Source: Camelus dromedarius
Taxonomy: Eukaryota
Length of the DNA stretch: 64,000 nt
Direction: 5' to 3'
Assembly: GCF_036321535.1 (NCBI RefSeq)
Contig: NC_087437.1
Location: 27,716,001 to 27,780,000 of the forward strand
Notes under the pieces: generated by a model
What the model saw: only the letters and a program-made list of their open reading frames with translations
Database searches by the model: none
Told to the model about the DNA's origin: nothing
Program-made: the position numbers and the translations under genes
Shown: positions 1 to 12,235 of the stretch, one piece after another
How positions within the stretch are numbered: position 1 is the first letter of the stretch
How the letters are laid out: each line of letters starts with the position of its first letter

Positions 1-435
1 TATGGAGTACTGTTGTAGACCTTGCTTAGTCTGTATGTTATGACTATTTCATGGTAAATTGGACCTGCGCTGAATTCTATAACATATCTGCCACAAGGAC
101 TTTGGATGACAGACTGAGGATGGTTGGTACCACATCAGATTTAAGTTGGCTAAGGTGTACCTGTGTACAGTCTAGAACACTACCTAGTACCACATTAGGT
201 TTTGTTAAACAAATCGAGTGATATTTCCAAATAAGCATAGAAACCACTGAATAGAAAAGAAAGCACTGACATTTCCAGGTCTGAAAAATGAGTTTTTGTT
301 TCCTTTTTTCCTCTTGACTTGGGCAATAGAAAAAAAAATTGGAAAAGTGCTATTTTCCTGCCTTGTGTCAGGGAAAATAGTAACATTGGTGGAAATGTAC
401 CTTTCTTGTTATGTGGAAATTGAAGACACTTTAGA

Positions 436-570
436 GTGAATCATTCTGTTCATTTTTACTGAGCACCTACTGTGTACCTGGTAATGCTGGATACATTCTT
501 AGCGATGCATCAGGAAATAAGCCCAAGTCTTTATCCTGAAGTCACTCACAGTCTAGTGGGAGAGAAAGAG
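436..570 (-). mobile_element. LINE2 (L2) 3'-end fragment
   Basis: cattctgttcatttttactgagcacctactgtgtacctgg...cacagtctagtggga resembles the reverse complement of the L2 3' terminus. Confidence 0.65.
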
Positions 571-634
571 TTGAGCCAATGGCTGTGCCAAATATTCGGT
601 TTTAAACGAATTAACCTGGCAATGCCCTCTAATT

Positions 635-868
635 TAGGATTGCCGAATAAAATACAGGACTCCCAATTAGTTTGAGTTTCAGGTAAACAGTGATTAACTC
701 TTTAGCAGAATTATGTCCCAAATACTGTGTGGGACATACTTCTACTAAATGCAGTATTTGTCCCATACAGTATTTGGGACATACTTAGAACTAAAAAATT
801 GTTATTTATCTGAAATTCACATTTAGCTGGGCATTCTGTGTTTTCATTTGCTAAATCTAGTAACCCTA
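635..868. mobile_element. MER53-like palindromic hAT MITE with a duplicated centre
   Basis: Ends taggattgcc...aataaaatacaggac and tttgctaaatctagtaacccta; core tatgtcccaaata...tttgggacatactt resembles the recalled MER53 consensus; element is largely self-complementary. Confidence 0.8.
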
Positions 869-2088
869 GCTGTAATCCCAGGTTACTTTCAGCCGTATTG
901 GCAAGCTCTGAGGAGGAAATAGATACCGTACTCGTATTGGGTTATTGAGTTTTTAGAATACTGTTTGTAGAGGTATGGGCAGGGTTAAGGGAAACTAGGA
1001 GTGATGAAACAGCCAGGGCTGGAAGCAGTTACTACCCCCAGCCCCAGTGGGGCAAGAAGAGGGAGAGAAATGGAGAGGGCTGCTGACAGGAGCCGTGGCC
1101 GTCCCAGGGTGACATGCATTCCACCAGCACCGACCCAACAGAGAGGAAATTGGCAAAAAAAAAACAAAACTATTCTGCTTCCTCCCGACTGCACTCTGCT
1201 CCCGCCCTGCAGTCTCCTGGGAGTGCCCCGCCCCACTGGGGGTCAGCTCTCTGGACCCACAGCCTCCTGAACAGAGGTGGGGGGGGGCGCTGTGGAGGTA
1301 AGTGGGGAAGTAGTGCCATTAATTCCGATGTGTATCTGGGTAAGTTTGCCTTGCATCGGAGCACATCCTTTGTGATGACAATCCTAAGCCAGGCAGGAAG
1401 AAGGGGGAGGGACAGAAGGGAAGAAAGAAGGAAGAAGAGTGACAGTGTGAAATTTGAAGGGTAAGGGAAAAAAGTAAATCAGCACTATTGATGATTTTAA
1501 TCAAAGGTAATTTTGCTTCTACCAGGTAGGTTTTCCCCCCTTTGGAATAACCACCACGATTATTGTATCAGTTCACTGGCTAGAACCAGGCACGCGGGCC
1601 CTCACCTCACGACCCTGGGGGTGAGTGCCTCCTTAACATGTGTGTCCTCTGGGGCCTCGCTGGGCTCACGCTGCCTGGCCTCCATCCTCCATCAGGCCGG
1701 AGGGCACAGTCCAGATGAGTCCTAGACCCAGGCCCCTGCTCTCCTCTCATGCAGGACCTGCCTGAGGTGCTTGACCAAACCCTCCCACCAGACAGCTTTC
1801 ACTTTGCTGACGCACATGGTTTGTAACGTGGTGATACTAACCAGCCGCCTGGTGAAGGGGGAGGTAACAAGGATATCTGAACCCCTGGGCGCCGCTGGAC
1901 TCCTTCCTCAGGGCTTTTCCAGGAAATGCCACGTCACCACCCTGAGATGGGTTTTGGAAGGGACTGGGCACTTTCAGATGATGCCCAGGTGGTGACCGGG
2001 GCGTGGATGAAGACCAGTTCAAAAGCAGGTTGCAGACTTTCTTCCCCTGTCTGTGACGGGCGCTGATCCCCCTTCCTCCTGATTCCAG

Positions 2089-2170
2089 TTTCCCAGGCAA
2101 GGCTTGCAGCAGACCCAGCAGCAGCAGCAGACGGCCGCCCTGGTGCGGCAGCTCCAGAAGCAGCTTTCTA
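2089..2170 (+). CDS. MED12L: MED12L (Mediator subunit 12-like) penultimate coding exon, FPRQGLQQTQQQQQTAALVRQLQKQLS
   Basis: Pyrimidine tract + ccag acceptor ending 2088; gtaagt donor at 2171; peptide matches the MED12-family C-terminal TAALVRQLQ motif; adjacent to IGSF10 as in other mammals. Confidence 0.92.
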
Positions 2171-3464
2171 GTAAGTACCCTCCGTCAGAGCACATGGCTC
2201 CCGGGCATGAAAAACAAGCCAGTCCCCGAAAACTGCATGGGCCTTGGTGCCGTTTTCATGTCCCATTTGGTCCAGGTTTTTCTCATTCTGTTCGGTTTCG
2301 GTTTGAATGCTTCTTTTCCTGGGGAAAAAAAAACCCAGTCTTTTCCTTGAGTTCAGTGAAGCTGTTTTCCTTTTGCTTCCATCTGAATCTGGGAATGTTT
2401 CTTTCTATCTGGAGAACCCTGGTGGAACGCCAGGTGCTTTTCTTATAGAGCTAGATGCCCCAGAGAACAACTTGGCTGATGCCTTCAAGTCTACTGACAG
2501 GAGGGTAGGTGGCCACTCAAAGTCTCATACAGAGAGGCCAGCACCAGACCCATCTCTGGGTCACTAGGGCTGAGACCACTCTTAACCACGGCGCCATCCT
2601 TCCCTTACTGATGGCAACTGGGAGCAATCAAAACCTAGAACGTGGCAGGCGGCATCTCTGGGCAGTGTTCCCCCGGTGTTCTGCCGCTGTGCAGCGGGCT
2701 GCCTCTCTAGGGTAAGTTCCACCCACCTGTTTCATCAGACCTCGTCTCAGTGCCAGCACACCTCGTGCTCCCGTGAAACCATTTACCCTGTGCTGGAGAC
2801 ACAGGATGGGGCATCCTTTTACAAGTGGGAGTGTGTCCCCTGGTACAAAGAATATTGGTGCCAACTCGACAGCTGTTATCTGGGTCCTGCAAATTTTCCT
2901 CCGTGCGGTGAGGGGGGACCAGCAGTTTCTCCTGGGTCTCTAGTCTGTGCTCCTGAGGCCGAGTGACGAGCAGAGCACTCTGAGGCAGTGGTGCGGATCT
3001 GGTGGGAATTGTAAGGAAGTGGGTCAGGGTGCGTAGGACTGAGGGGCAGCTTGGTTCTCGTCTGAACTTTCTGCCTGGCTGCGGTCTGTGTTGTCTTCCT
3101 GGGCAGAGGGAATACCTCCCTTATACCTTGTGTCTCTCCCACGGCAGAACCAAGGTCTCTTTTTTTCCCCCCTTTAAAAGCTATTTTCCTCATTTAATTT
3201 CAGTGAAATCATGTAAATCAGTCTTTTCCACTGACTGTTCAGTCAGTGTGGTCCACTAAACACGTGTGGTTGAAATTTCATTGTTTCATCATTTTTCCAT
3301 GGCTAAAGAGAAGATATAATTTTAAGGTTGAGACAACCTGTTCTGTTTTAAATTGTTTCAGTGAAGCCATGATGTTTACAGAATAGCACCTATCTGGGGA
3401 GCACACTTGGTTCCTGTTTGCCACAGCTCAGAAAAGGCAGCTTTTTTTTTTTTAAGCCATCATT

Positions 3465-3690
3465 TTTGGAGCACTTTTTCAGACCCAGGCACTCTGACTT
3501 TACATGTATTAATTCACTTAATTCCTCACCCATCCTGTGAGAGAAGGTATGATTACTGTTCCCTATTACAGACGAGGAAACAACTGAAGAATGAGGACGT
3601 TAACTTGTTTGCCCAAGGTTACTCAGCCAGCAGCTGGGACTTGAACTCTGATGGTCCCCTTCCCAGGGCCCACCTCTTAGCCACATTATA
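3465..3690 (-). mobile_element. MIR SINE
   Basis: Core ttacagacgaggaaac...gttaacttgtttgcccaaggttactcagc and gggacttgaactc. Confidence 0.8.
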
Positions 3691-4460
3691 TATCCTGCCA
3701 CCTGACATCCGCAGTGCTGGCAGCCTCCTTTGTTGCATATCAGGAACTGAGCTGCACCGCCCTCTGCACAAGCCCAGAGGGCTCCGTTTATGTCAGTCCC
3801 TGTGAGTGGGGCCTCTGGATTTGAGTAGTCCCACCAGCACTGGGCAAGCAGTAGGTACTTCTAAGCCTGTGTCATTTTTCTGTGCCTCCTCACTGCTCTT
3901 TAGTCTGTGTGTGCACACATACGTACGTGCACAGGCACACACTCATGTCACACACACAGCCACTCTCACGTGCACACACTCTTGCACAGTTCTCACTGAA
4001 GGATCTACAGCCCTTTGCAGAAAACTGGCCAGCTTCAAGCAGCTTTGCTCTCACCTGTTACAGTGTCAGTGTTAAGGTAGAATTTCTGATGTGCTTTTAT
4101 AAAGTTTTGAGAACTTTGAATATTTTATGATACTTACAGTCCTTTTGTATGTGAGCATCAAGTTGTTTCTTAGTTGAGATAGAAATTTCTGATGGCCAGT
4201 TACCCTCAGCCCAAGGCCTTGTGCTGCCTTGGCAGGGGTGGGACTCCGACGCAGAGCTGGCCTTGCTGCAGAATGAATAACGCTGTGGTATTAAGACCCT
4301 GCCACTGAGGTCTCTGGGCTAGTGTGATACTCCCTGACTAGTCGGTCTGCTCCCCTGTTCCCGAGTGAGACTGGAACTGAAAGCAGTGACGGGAGCGTAC
4401 CGTCTACCTATGGCACAGTTTTGCATCTGCAGTTTTATTTGAATTTCTTCTTCTCATTAG

Positions 4461-4513
4461 GTAACCAGCCGCAGCAAGGAGTGACTCCCTATGGGCACCC
4501 TACACACTTCTGA
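4461..4513 (+). CDS. MED12L: MED12L last coding exon, (S)NQPQQGVTPYGHPTHF*
   Basis: ttcttcttctcattag acceptor ending 4460; phase matches the previous exon (A+GT=Ser); TGA at 4511-4513; resembles the recalled MED12L C-terminus. Confidence 0.92.
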
Positions 4514-7500
4514 ATCTGGAAGAGGACAAGACGTGAAGTTTTGTGTTTGCACTGAAAAATAGAAAATCAAATTTAATGCATTAGTCATCTTTAGAAATAT
4601 CCCTTTGTTCTTTCATTTCTTTGAAGTTTTCCTATATTTTATGCTACATTTAATACAAAGGCGTTTAAACAGAAAGTAAAGGAAAAGGTGTGGTTTGGTT
4701 TGGTTTGATTCAACTTTAAAGTAGGTTGAAAAATATGGATCATGTGGGCCTACTCCAGGAAGAGTCTGGTAGCAGACTTTATGAAATTGGTGCTTTTTTT
4801 GAATCTCACAGTTATAGAAAGAATGAATTATGGTGGATTTAAGATACTTACATATTCATTAATGATAAAGAGGGGTTTTTTGTTTGTTTTTGTTTTTGTT
4901 TTGGGCAACCTATGCCGGACCAAACTACTGATTTGAAAGACTTGTCAGATCTTGACAGGAAAGTGACCCATTTACTCTGCATTCACCTTTGGTGGTGAAA
5001 TGGACATTAATTTGCATTGCTCTAATTTGAAATGTTGGTAATCTCATAAGCACTTTATAAACTTTGTTCTTATTTATGTAGGATTTTTCTTTGCTTTTGC
5101 TGTGGTCAAAGGTGCTGACACAGATTGTTTGCTTAGTACGTAAACTTCTTAGACCAAGAACTTAAAACCAAGGCTTCTGTGAGAACCATCCGAAGGTACG
5201 TGGAAGCCCATAAGAAGTAACTGTTCTAACGTTGTTTCAGTGGTGAGACCATTGACCAGAGTCTTTGTGAAGGTTCAACATGTGAATTCTAAAGGCCCGA
5301 GAGAACCACAGTGGAATTGTTCCAATTACTTATTGCCAGACTTGGCAAAAATGACTCTGTCCAGTTCTGGTTCTCCTGAACTTTACGCCAACTTGAGAAA
5401 AAAAAAATCTCGCAGCTGGCCTGAGGTTCCACAGTGCTCAAACTTGACATGGTTTCCAGAGAATCTGGCCCCCAAGGCCAGAGCGCTCTGGTTTTCATAA
5501 GAGATGTATTTGATGTTTATTTTGTATGGTAAGTATTTGCTATTTTGAATTTAATTATTAATGTTGGTGTCTGTCTTGGTTGTGTATTGCATATACTGTA
5601 TTTATAAATTGGTGCAAAAAGCACAAGTAAAGTAAATTATACATCAAATTTATTATAAAGAAATAGTAACTATTTTAACTTTGTTCAAGTATGTGGTAAT
5701 TTGCTCCTATTAGAGTAAAAAATACAGTAAATTATTATCAGTTTGTGTAACTTAAGAGTATTCCATATGATATTTTTTTAGATTTAGATGCATAAAATTT
5801 TGAATGTGAAAATTGCAGGGCATTTTAAACCATGTGGGGGATATTTTCCCATGTTCTGTGTTAATTCATTTTCTTTTGCCATACGAATTTTCCTGTAATG
5901 TAGTCGAGCATACTGTGAATAGATTTGTCTATAATGAGCAAACCATGTAGAACTACTTTTTTTTAAGTGCAGCTGGTACAACCTTAGTAGATCATTTCCT
6001 TTGCAAATCATTATATAAGTAATTTATATCTTCCTAGGTGAGTTACTCATTGCAAAGTTGGACTCATGCAAATGACCTCAAATACACGTCCGCTTACTTT
6101 GCTGTGGCAGCACCCGTGTGAACTGCTTTGTACACTGTGAAATGATTTCCCTCCAGCCTACTCATTTCGTGTTTACTCTGGGCTGGAAAAGACTTGGCCA
6201 AAACATTAAAGACCATTCTTTTCACTAAATTAACATATTCTATCTGCTTTCAGAAGGTGAATCTTTACATTTCAGCTAGTTTTGTATATCAGGGTTTTTG
6301 GGGTTTTTTTTTTTCCTTCCCTCTTGAGAATCACACTTAGCGTTCATGAAGTTATTTTTTTCTTCAGAGTAATAGATCATATAATGATTGCCTTGGCAGA
6401 ACATCCGAAACGTGAATGTTGTGCCTAGTGAGTGAGAGTCGTGTTCTGTCCTGATTGTTACTTTACTTCAAGAGCTACTGGTATGTAAAACGCCACTTTC
6501 AGCTTGAGCCCTGAGTGTCTGTAGCTCAGTACTGCAGACGTCAGGAATACTGTTTCTCGAATGAGTGTTGTAATTGCATAGTATTTGTATGCACTTTATA
6601 TTTTGCAGAAGTTAGTGAAATTAATTCATTAATCATTTTGCACATGAAAGCTGTGGGGCATACCTTTTTGTTGTTGTGTCCTTTTTTTTAGGTGGGGAAG
6701 CTAAGATATGGGTAAGGCCCTATGATTTGAAGATTTGCCAGAAAGTTGAGGAAAAACAGAACTGGTTTTCCTCTGTATATGGTAAAGACAGAAACTGGAA
6801 GTTTCAACCTAGCCTTATCATATTTCCTCCCACTTAATCCTCTCTCCTGAGGGTTTTTTTTTTTTTAAGAATATGCATTAATTTGCATTAAAATGATCAC
6901 AAAGGAAAGCCCTGCCCTTTGGCCAAACCTGGTAATTTGCTTGGTGAGATAGATTATTTCCAGATATGGTGGAGATTCCAGGTCCCCTTAGATATAAGAC
7001 TTTGAAATAGAATAAAGTTGGACTTAAGAGGCACTTAGATACATACCTGTTAGAGTTACATTAGTCCTCATATTTATTCCTGTTGGCCTGGAAGTAAAAT
7101 GAGATCACTGTTAGAACGAGTGTCCTTTGACCTCCTGTGGCCACAGGATACCAGCAGCAGAGAAAGTAGCAATCAAGTCACCTCTTAGGTGGGGCGAGCT
7201 GAAAGTTGGTGTGTGATGAAAACACAATGAGGTGGACCACCCCCTGCCCAGTTTATCTCAAATGAAGCTCTTGGTTTTGTGTGCTGAGACAGCTGACCAA
7301 GACCTATGACATTTTCTTCCTCATTTTCACTTATTAAGGTTCCTATGATTCTAATAATAGGCAAATAGTTGTATAGATGCTGGAGAAATTACACTGGAAA
7401 ATCTTAGCCTCTAGAATTATAAAAGATGCATCATGATATCCCCCAAATTAATTCCAGTTGAGTTAAGCATGTAATATAAATTCAGTGAATTACAAAAAGC

Positions 7501-8215
7501 AACATTTTTGTGTAGGCTTGATCAAATTTAAAATTTTAAGTACTGTAAAACTCCACTGTATGTATTAAATCTAGGTCTTCCCAAACATTTCCCCGTCACA
7601 TAAAGGATTATCACTTAATGGAATAAATGCTCATAAAGCAATGCTTCCTCCTCAGAAAATTTTCCTTATCCAAACCAGGGATTCCTGTGCTTGATTTTGA
7701 AGTTACAAAGAAGTTTCGCTGTACTTTAGAAACCTTTTCAATTGGTTTATTTGGGTAAAGACGACATCAGTCCCTTTTCATGTTTTATGATGTGCAGGTG
7801 TTAAGCTGCTTCTGCCACGTGGAAAGTCAGCCTGCATTTATCTTCAAATGCAGTTACTGAAACATTTTTGTATTCCCCATCAGTGAAAATTTTCAGTGTG
7901 CACAAAATGGTGACTCATAATCGAAACAGTTCAGTGCTTATTTTCTGTGGGTTTTAGTAAAATATTTATAAGCCAACCACAATATTTATACATCAAGACT
8001 GCAAATTTAATCTTTTCCATTGTGTCTGTCCCCAGTGCCATGCCTGTTACACTGATAGAAGGTGGACACTAGGCAAATGCTAGTGAAAGAAAAAACAGTC
8101 CGTTCTTTACTGAAGAATTCAGGTACATTAGCCACTTGTTATTTTATGGTTAATAGTTTTCTCTTAATGTTCATTGTTATTTGTTGGCAAAATAAAAGTG
8201 CCTTAAGTTAAAAGT
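4514..8215 (+). other. MED12L: MED12L long 3' UTR (distal end uncertain)
   Basis: AU-rich, essentially repeat-free ~3.7 kb after the stop codon; AATAAA at 7011, 7622, 8191 and 8373. Confidence 0.6.
8191..8196 (+). terminator. Candidate MED12L distal poly(A) signal
   Basis: AATAAA followed ~18 nt later by GU-rich gtttgttttg. Confidence 0.5.
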
Positions 8216-8261
8216 TTGTTTTGAGATCCATTAAACAAAATCAGTATCGGTTCATAATGCA

Positions 8262-8267
8262 TTTATT
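8262..8267 (-). terminator. Candidate IGSF10 poly(A) signal
   Basis: tttatt (AATAAA on -) ~150 nt past the IGSF10 stop; U-rich downstream element on - (aaacaaaa at 8233-8240 on +). Confidence 0.65.
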
Positions 8268-8416
8268 TACAAGTCCTGTTTTTTTTGCATGTCTATTATA
8301 AATTTAATATTATAAATGTATTCAAATTCATTTACATGCCTATGGCTGCCTTTGATTAAACTTCTTCCAAAAAATAAATTCTGTACAGATGTTGGCTTTT
8401 TTCAAGCAGTTTTAAG

Positions 8417-10325
8417 TCAGATGACTTGAATATACGTTGTTGCATAATCACTTCCAAGTGAATTCTTTGCTGTGCATTTGTATATCCCTGAATCCGAGGT
8501 TTGTGGATTTTGAATGACTAGAGTACCTCGTGGGGGAAAAGGCGGAATTCCGTGTGTCCTCACTTTGTTTGCCGCTGAGAACGGGGAGTGGTCAGGCATC
8601 TCCCAAGTGATTTCAGGCTTGGGGACTCCCAGAGCAACACAGTGGAGCTGAACAGCCACTCCTGTCCTTGTGAGGATGCTCCTGGGTAGGCGATTTGTAA
8701 TTCGTGGAGGGTAGGCGACAACCATTACTGGAACAGTAATCAGTGCGTGGCCAACACTATTTTGAGCTTTACAAATATAGTTTCCTCTGTCATAAGCTGT
8801 TGTGTCTTTGATGACTAATGTGCCGTTTTCATGCAGTATGTATTTGCCATTAATTTGAGGCCTGTCTATTACGTAACTACTTGGTACAGTCCATTTGATA
8901 TTTGGCTTGGGGCTTCCATCAGCGACGCAGTGCAATGATACAGAGTCTCCACTGATACAGTAAACTGTTCCTGGTGTGTAAGTGAGAATAACTGGCTTCT
9001 GGCCAATTTCCAATACGATTAGCTTCTCAATGTAGCCAACTTTATTTCTGGCTGCACACCGGTACTTTCCTGCGTCGTCCCGACTTGTTTTATAAATGAT
9101 AAGTGACCCGTTGCTTGCTATCAGATGCTGAGAATTTTGTGGTCCATTGGAAAACTGTGTGCCATTTGGTAAAATCCAGATTATTTCAGGTGGTGGGTTT
9201 CCAACAACAGAGCAATTCAACGCTGTGGCCTTTCCAAGCGGGGCAACTATTTTTTCATTAAATGGATTTCTGAAGGTCGGTCTTCTCAGCATTTCCAGTA
9301 CTTCTAACTGCACCACTAGCACGCTCTCTCCGCCTTCGTTCCGAGCCACACAGATAAACTCGGCTGAATCCGAAAGCCTCACATTCCTAATTTCCAAGGT
9401 TCCATTGTTATGGACTGTGATTCTGCTTCCGTAGTATGGAGCCGTGAGGAAAATATTGTCTGGCATGATCCACATGATTTGAGGAGACGGTGTCCCTTCG
9501 GCTCTGCAGTCAAAGTGTTTCTTAGAATGCCTCACAGCCGTGGCTTTAATGACAGTTTTGTTTGTATACAGACCATTGATTAATGGAGGCTTGGAGACTA
9601 CGTCTAGTTTGTACATTTTGGTGTCATCCCCACCAGGATTTCGGGCCACACAGACATACTCTCCAGAATCGAGCAGTTTCACTTTGTTGATGGACAAAGA
9701 CCCGTTGGTGTGAAACGTGTACCTGTCTCTGGAGAATGAAATCATGTCATTGGAAGGCAGCAACCAAAATATTTTTGGCTTTGGTTCCCCAGTGACCTCA
9801 CAGTCAAAGACGGCTGTGTCTCCAGCCCTGACTCTCGTGCTGGTCTTGTGACCCTGCTGGATCCGTGGGGCAGCTGTTACTACCGTTAAGTGGACTTTCA
9901 TCTCATCCTTCCCTAGCGTGTTCTGGGCATAGCAAGTGTAATCTCCTTCTTCTGCCATCCCAACTCTGTTGAAGTATAAGGTTCCATTGTCAAAGAGTGT
10001 GAACCTTCTGGTCCTGTGGCCACTGTCGTCAGCCTGCATGGCGTTGTTGATCATCGTCCCATCGGGCAAACTCCAGGATATCTCGGGCACTGGTGAGCCA
10101 GAAGCCTTGCAATCGACTTGGAAGTCTTTCCCGTGAAACACTTGCTTTTTAAAATGTTGCTTGTGGTCAATTTTGGCAGGTCTCCGTCTTAGGCTGACGC
10201 GCATCAGGATCAGATCATCCCCCATTTTGTTTCTTGCCGCACACAAGTACTCCCCACCATCTTTTTCTGTCACTGATCCAATAGACAGGGATCCATTCGG
10301 GTAGACGCGGATTCGGCTGCCCATT
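8417..10325 (-). CDS. IGSF10: IGSF10 last coding exon: C-terminal tandem Ig I-set domains, stop at 8419-8417
   Basis: 635-aa ORF of repeated C...W...D-x-G-x-Y-x-C Ig motifs; acceptor AG at 10327-10326; phase-2 join AG+A=Arg. Confidence 0.97.
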
Positions 10326-11467
10326 CTGAGGGGGAAAAAAGAGACTGATTTCAGTGTGCGGCTGTTAGCAAGGGGCAGGGAAATTGTCTCATTTATGTAG
10401 GGTTAGCGTATGGACATTTTCTTAAACTGCTGCAATAAAATTAAAATCAGTACTGGCTTATTAACTGTCTCTTAAGCTGTTCTGAAAGATGAAATTAACT
10501 GAATAGGTGTAATTTAGTGCAAACAAGTAGTATTTCTTAGATGGACTTCAAATGAATCTCCTTTGCATGGCTATTAGAAAAAAACAACATTTTAACCGTG
10601 AGGAGAATGTGAGAAATACCATTTCCTAGACCTATGACTGTCTTGACCACTTTACATATCAAATGATCATTTTGTGGTATACATCAGTAAAGAAATTCTA
10701 CACAAATTTACTTGCTCAGAAAAGATACTGGATTGTACTTTTTAAGGAGATGTTAGTAACTAAACAATTAGTTATTTGGTGATAAAATGCCAAGGTAAGC
10801 CTCATTAGAAGCTTGCCACAGCATGTGTCCTTTGCAGGCAGCTGTGAAGTGACTCTGGTCTCTGCATCGTATTGAACCGCATGAACACCATTTTTCTCTC
10901 TGAAGCCACTACACAGCCTGCCATTACCATTTTGAACCACCAGATGGCAGATCTTTCCTAGTAAAACAATCTAGTTTTTCCAAGACTAGTGGAAACTTAA
11001 GTGCTAAAAACACAATCAAAAACACCCATTTGTTTCTCTTCTAATTTTTTGGCAACATGAGCTGATCAGAGAAACAAGAGGGAAAAGTGTGGATGACCTT
11101 ACAAAGCATAACTGCTAACCAAGTCAAACAGCCTCAAGGCATTTTTTTTTTATCTTCCAACAAACATACTGTAAGTAGGAAGAATGTTCTAGGACAACTT
11201 ACAAGTGCCGATGTTCTTTTTACTTATTTTTTTCTTCAAGCCTGAAAAGAATTTGTCTGGCATATAAACCAAGGAAAGATGATCATAATAGATGCACTTA
11301 ATGAAGGGAAAGGAAACTTACCAGGGCCTTTACATTTACTTTTTAATCTTTAGGTAGTTCCCCCACTATACAGCTGAAAAAAACTGGTATTTAGAGAGAC
11401 TCAGTACCTTGCTCTTTTCACCATGCTACACTGCCATCTGCTGTCATCCTTTCCTAATGTTTTGTAA

Positions 11468-12235
11468 GAGCACTGTTTCTCAAACCCAGGTGCACATTAA
11501 AATCATTTGTATGAAATAGTACTGGTGCCTGGGTCCCACCTCCAGAATTGCTGACTTAATTGGCGTGGAGTGTGACCTTGGTATCAGGACTCTTAGTCCA
11601 AATGATTCTTATGTGCAGCAAAGTCTGAGAACCACTGCTCTAAATCTTTGTTCTCAATGCGGTTCCCTCATTACCTGCATCAGAATTTAAGATGCATATT
11701 TCCTGGTTTCACTGTTCAGAGTTTCTGATATCCAGGAACCCACTGCTTAATTAAGTTTTGGAGCTGGTCTCAAACTTGAGTGCGCACTAAATTCACCTGT
11801 TTAAGAACACAGATTGCTTGTTAAAACATATATTGGATTCAAGTTCTCAACTGATGCTAATGTTCTTGGTTGAGCAGACAATCCTTTGAAAGCCAGTGAC
11901 TTAAAAAAAATACCGTCCCCCACCCAAAAACCTGATGCATCTGAAGTTGTAATATATAAAAAGAGACAGAACTATAGCTGTTTCCTTTTATAAAGTGGTA
12001 TTTTTAAGAGGAAATTTACTTTTGAAAGTGTTTTCCCTGAGTAGAGGAAAGAACTGTTTATGAAGATTAATGCACAGGCAAGCATCTGCAGTCTTTTAAA
12101 GCAGCACTTCCTGGACTTTATTGTGCATGTGATTAACCTGGGGATCTTTTTAAAGTGCAGATTCTGATTCAGCCTATCTGAGGTGCAGCCTGAAGTTCTC
12201 CTCTTGTAACAAGCTCCCAGGTCATGAGAAGCAAA
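11468..12235. mobile_element. Cluster of MER5-type (hAT-Charlie) elements and fragments (~11468-11642, ~11645-11900, ~12100-12235)
   Basis: MER5 hallmarks ttctcaaac...cacattaaaatca, tgagaaccactgctcta, gcagattctgattcag, taacaagctcccagg. Confidence 0.65.

Noticed and set aside
1..215. Faint resemblance to a Tigger/MER47-type DNA transposon
   Set aside because: Similarity too weak to support without an alignment
2171..2448. ORF 2104-2448 continuing past the MED12L exon
   Set aside because: Read-through of a consensus gtaagt donor into intron; the true C-terminus is encoded at 4461-4513
985..3260. Many short ORFs on both strands in the GC-richer MED12L intron
   Set aside because: No recognisable domains or splice support; expected by chance at this GC content
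4455..4466. AG|GTAACC at the MED12L last-exon acceptor resembling a recursive splice site
   Set aside because: The GT is forced by the split Ser codon, the donor match is weak, the intron is short and no downstream exon is evident
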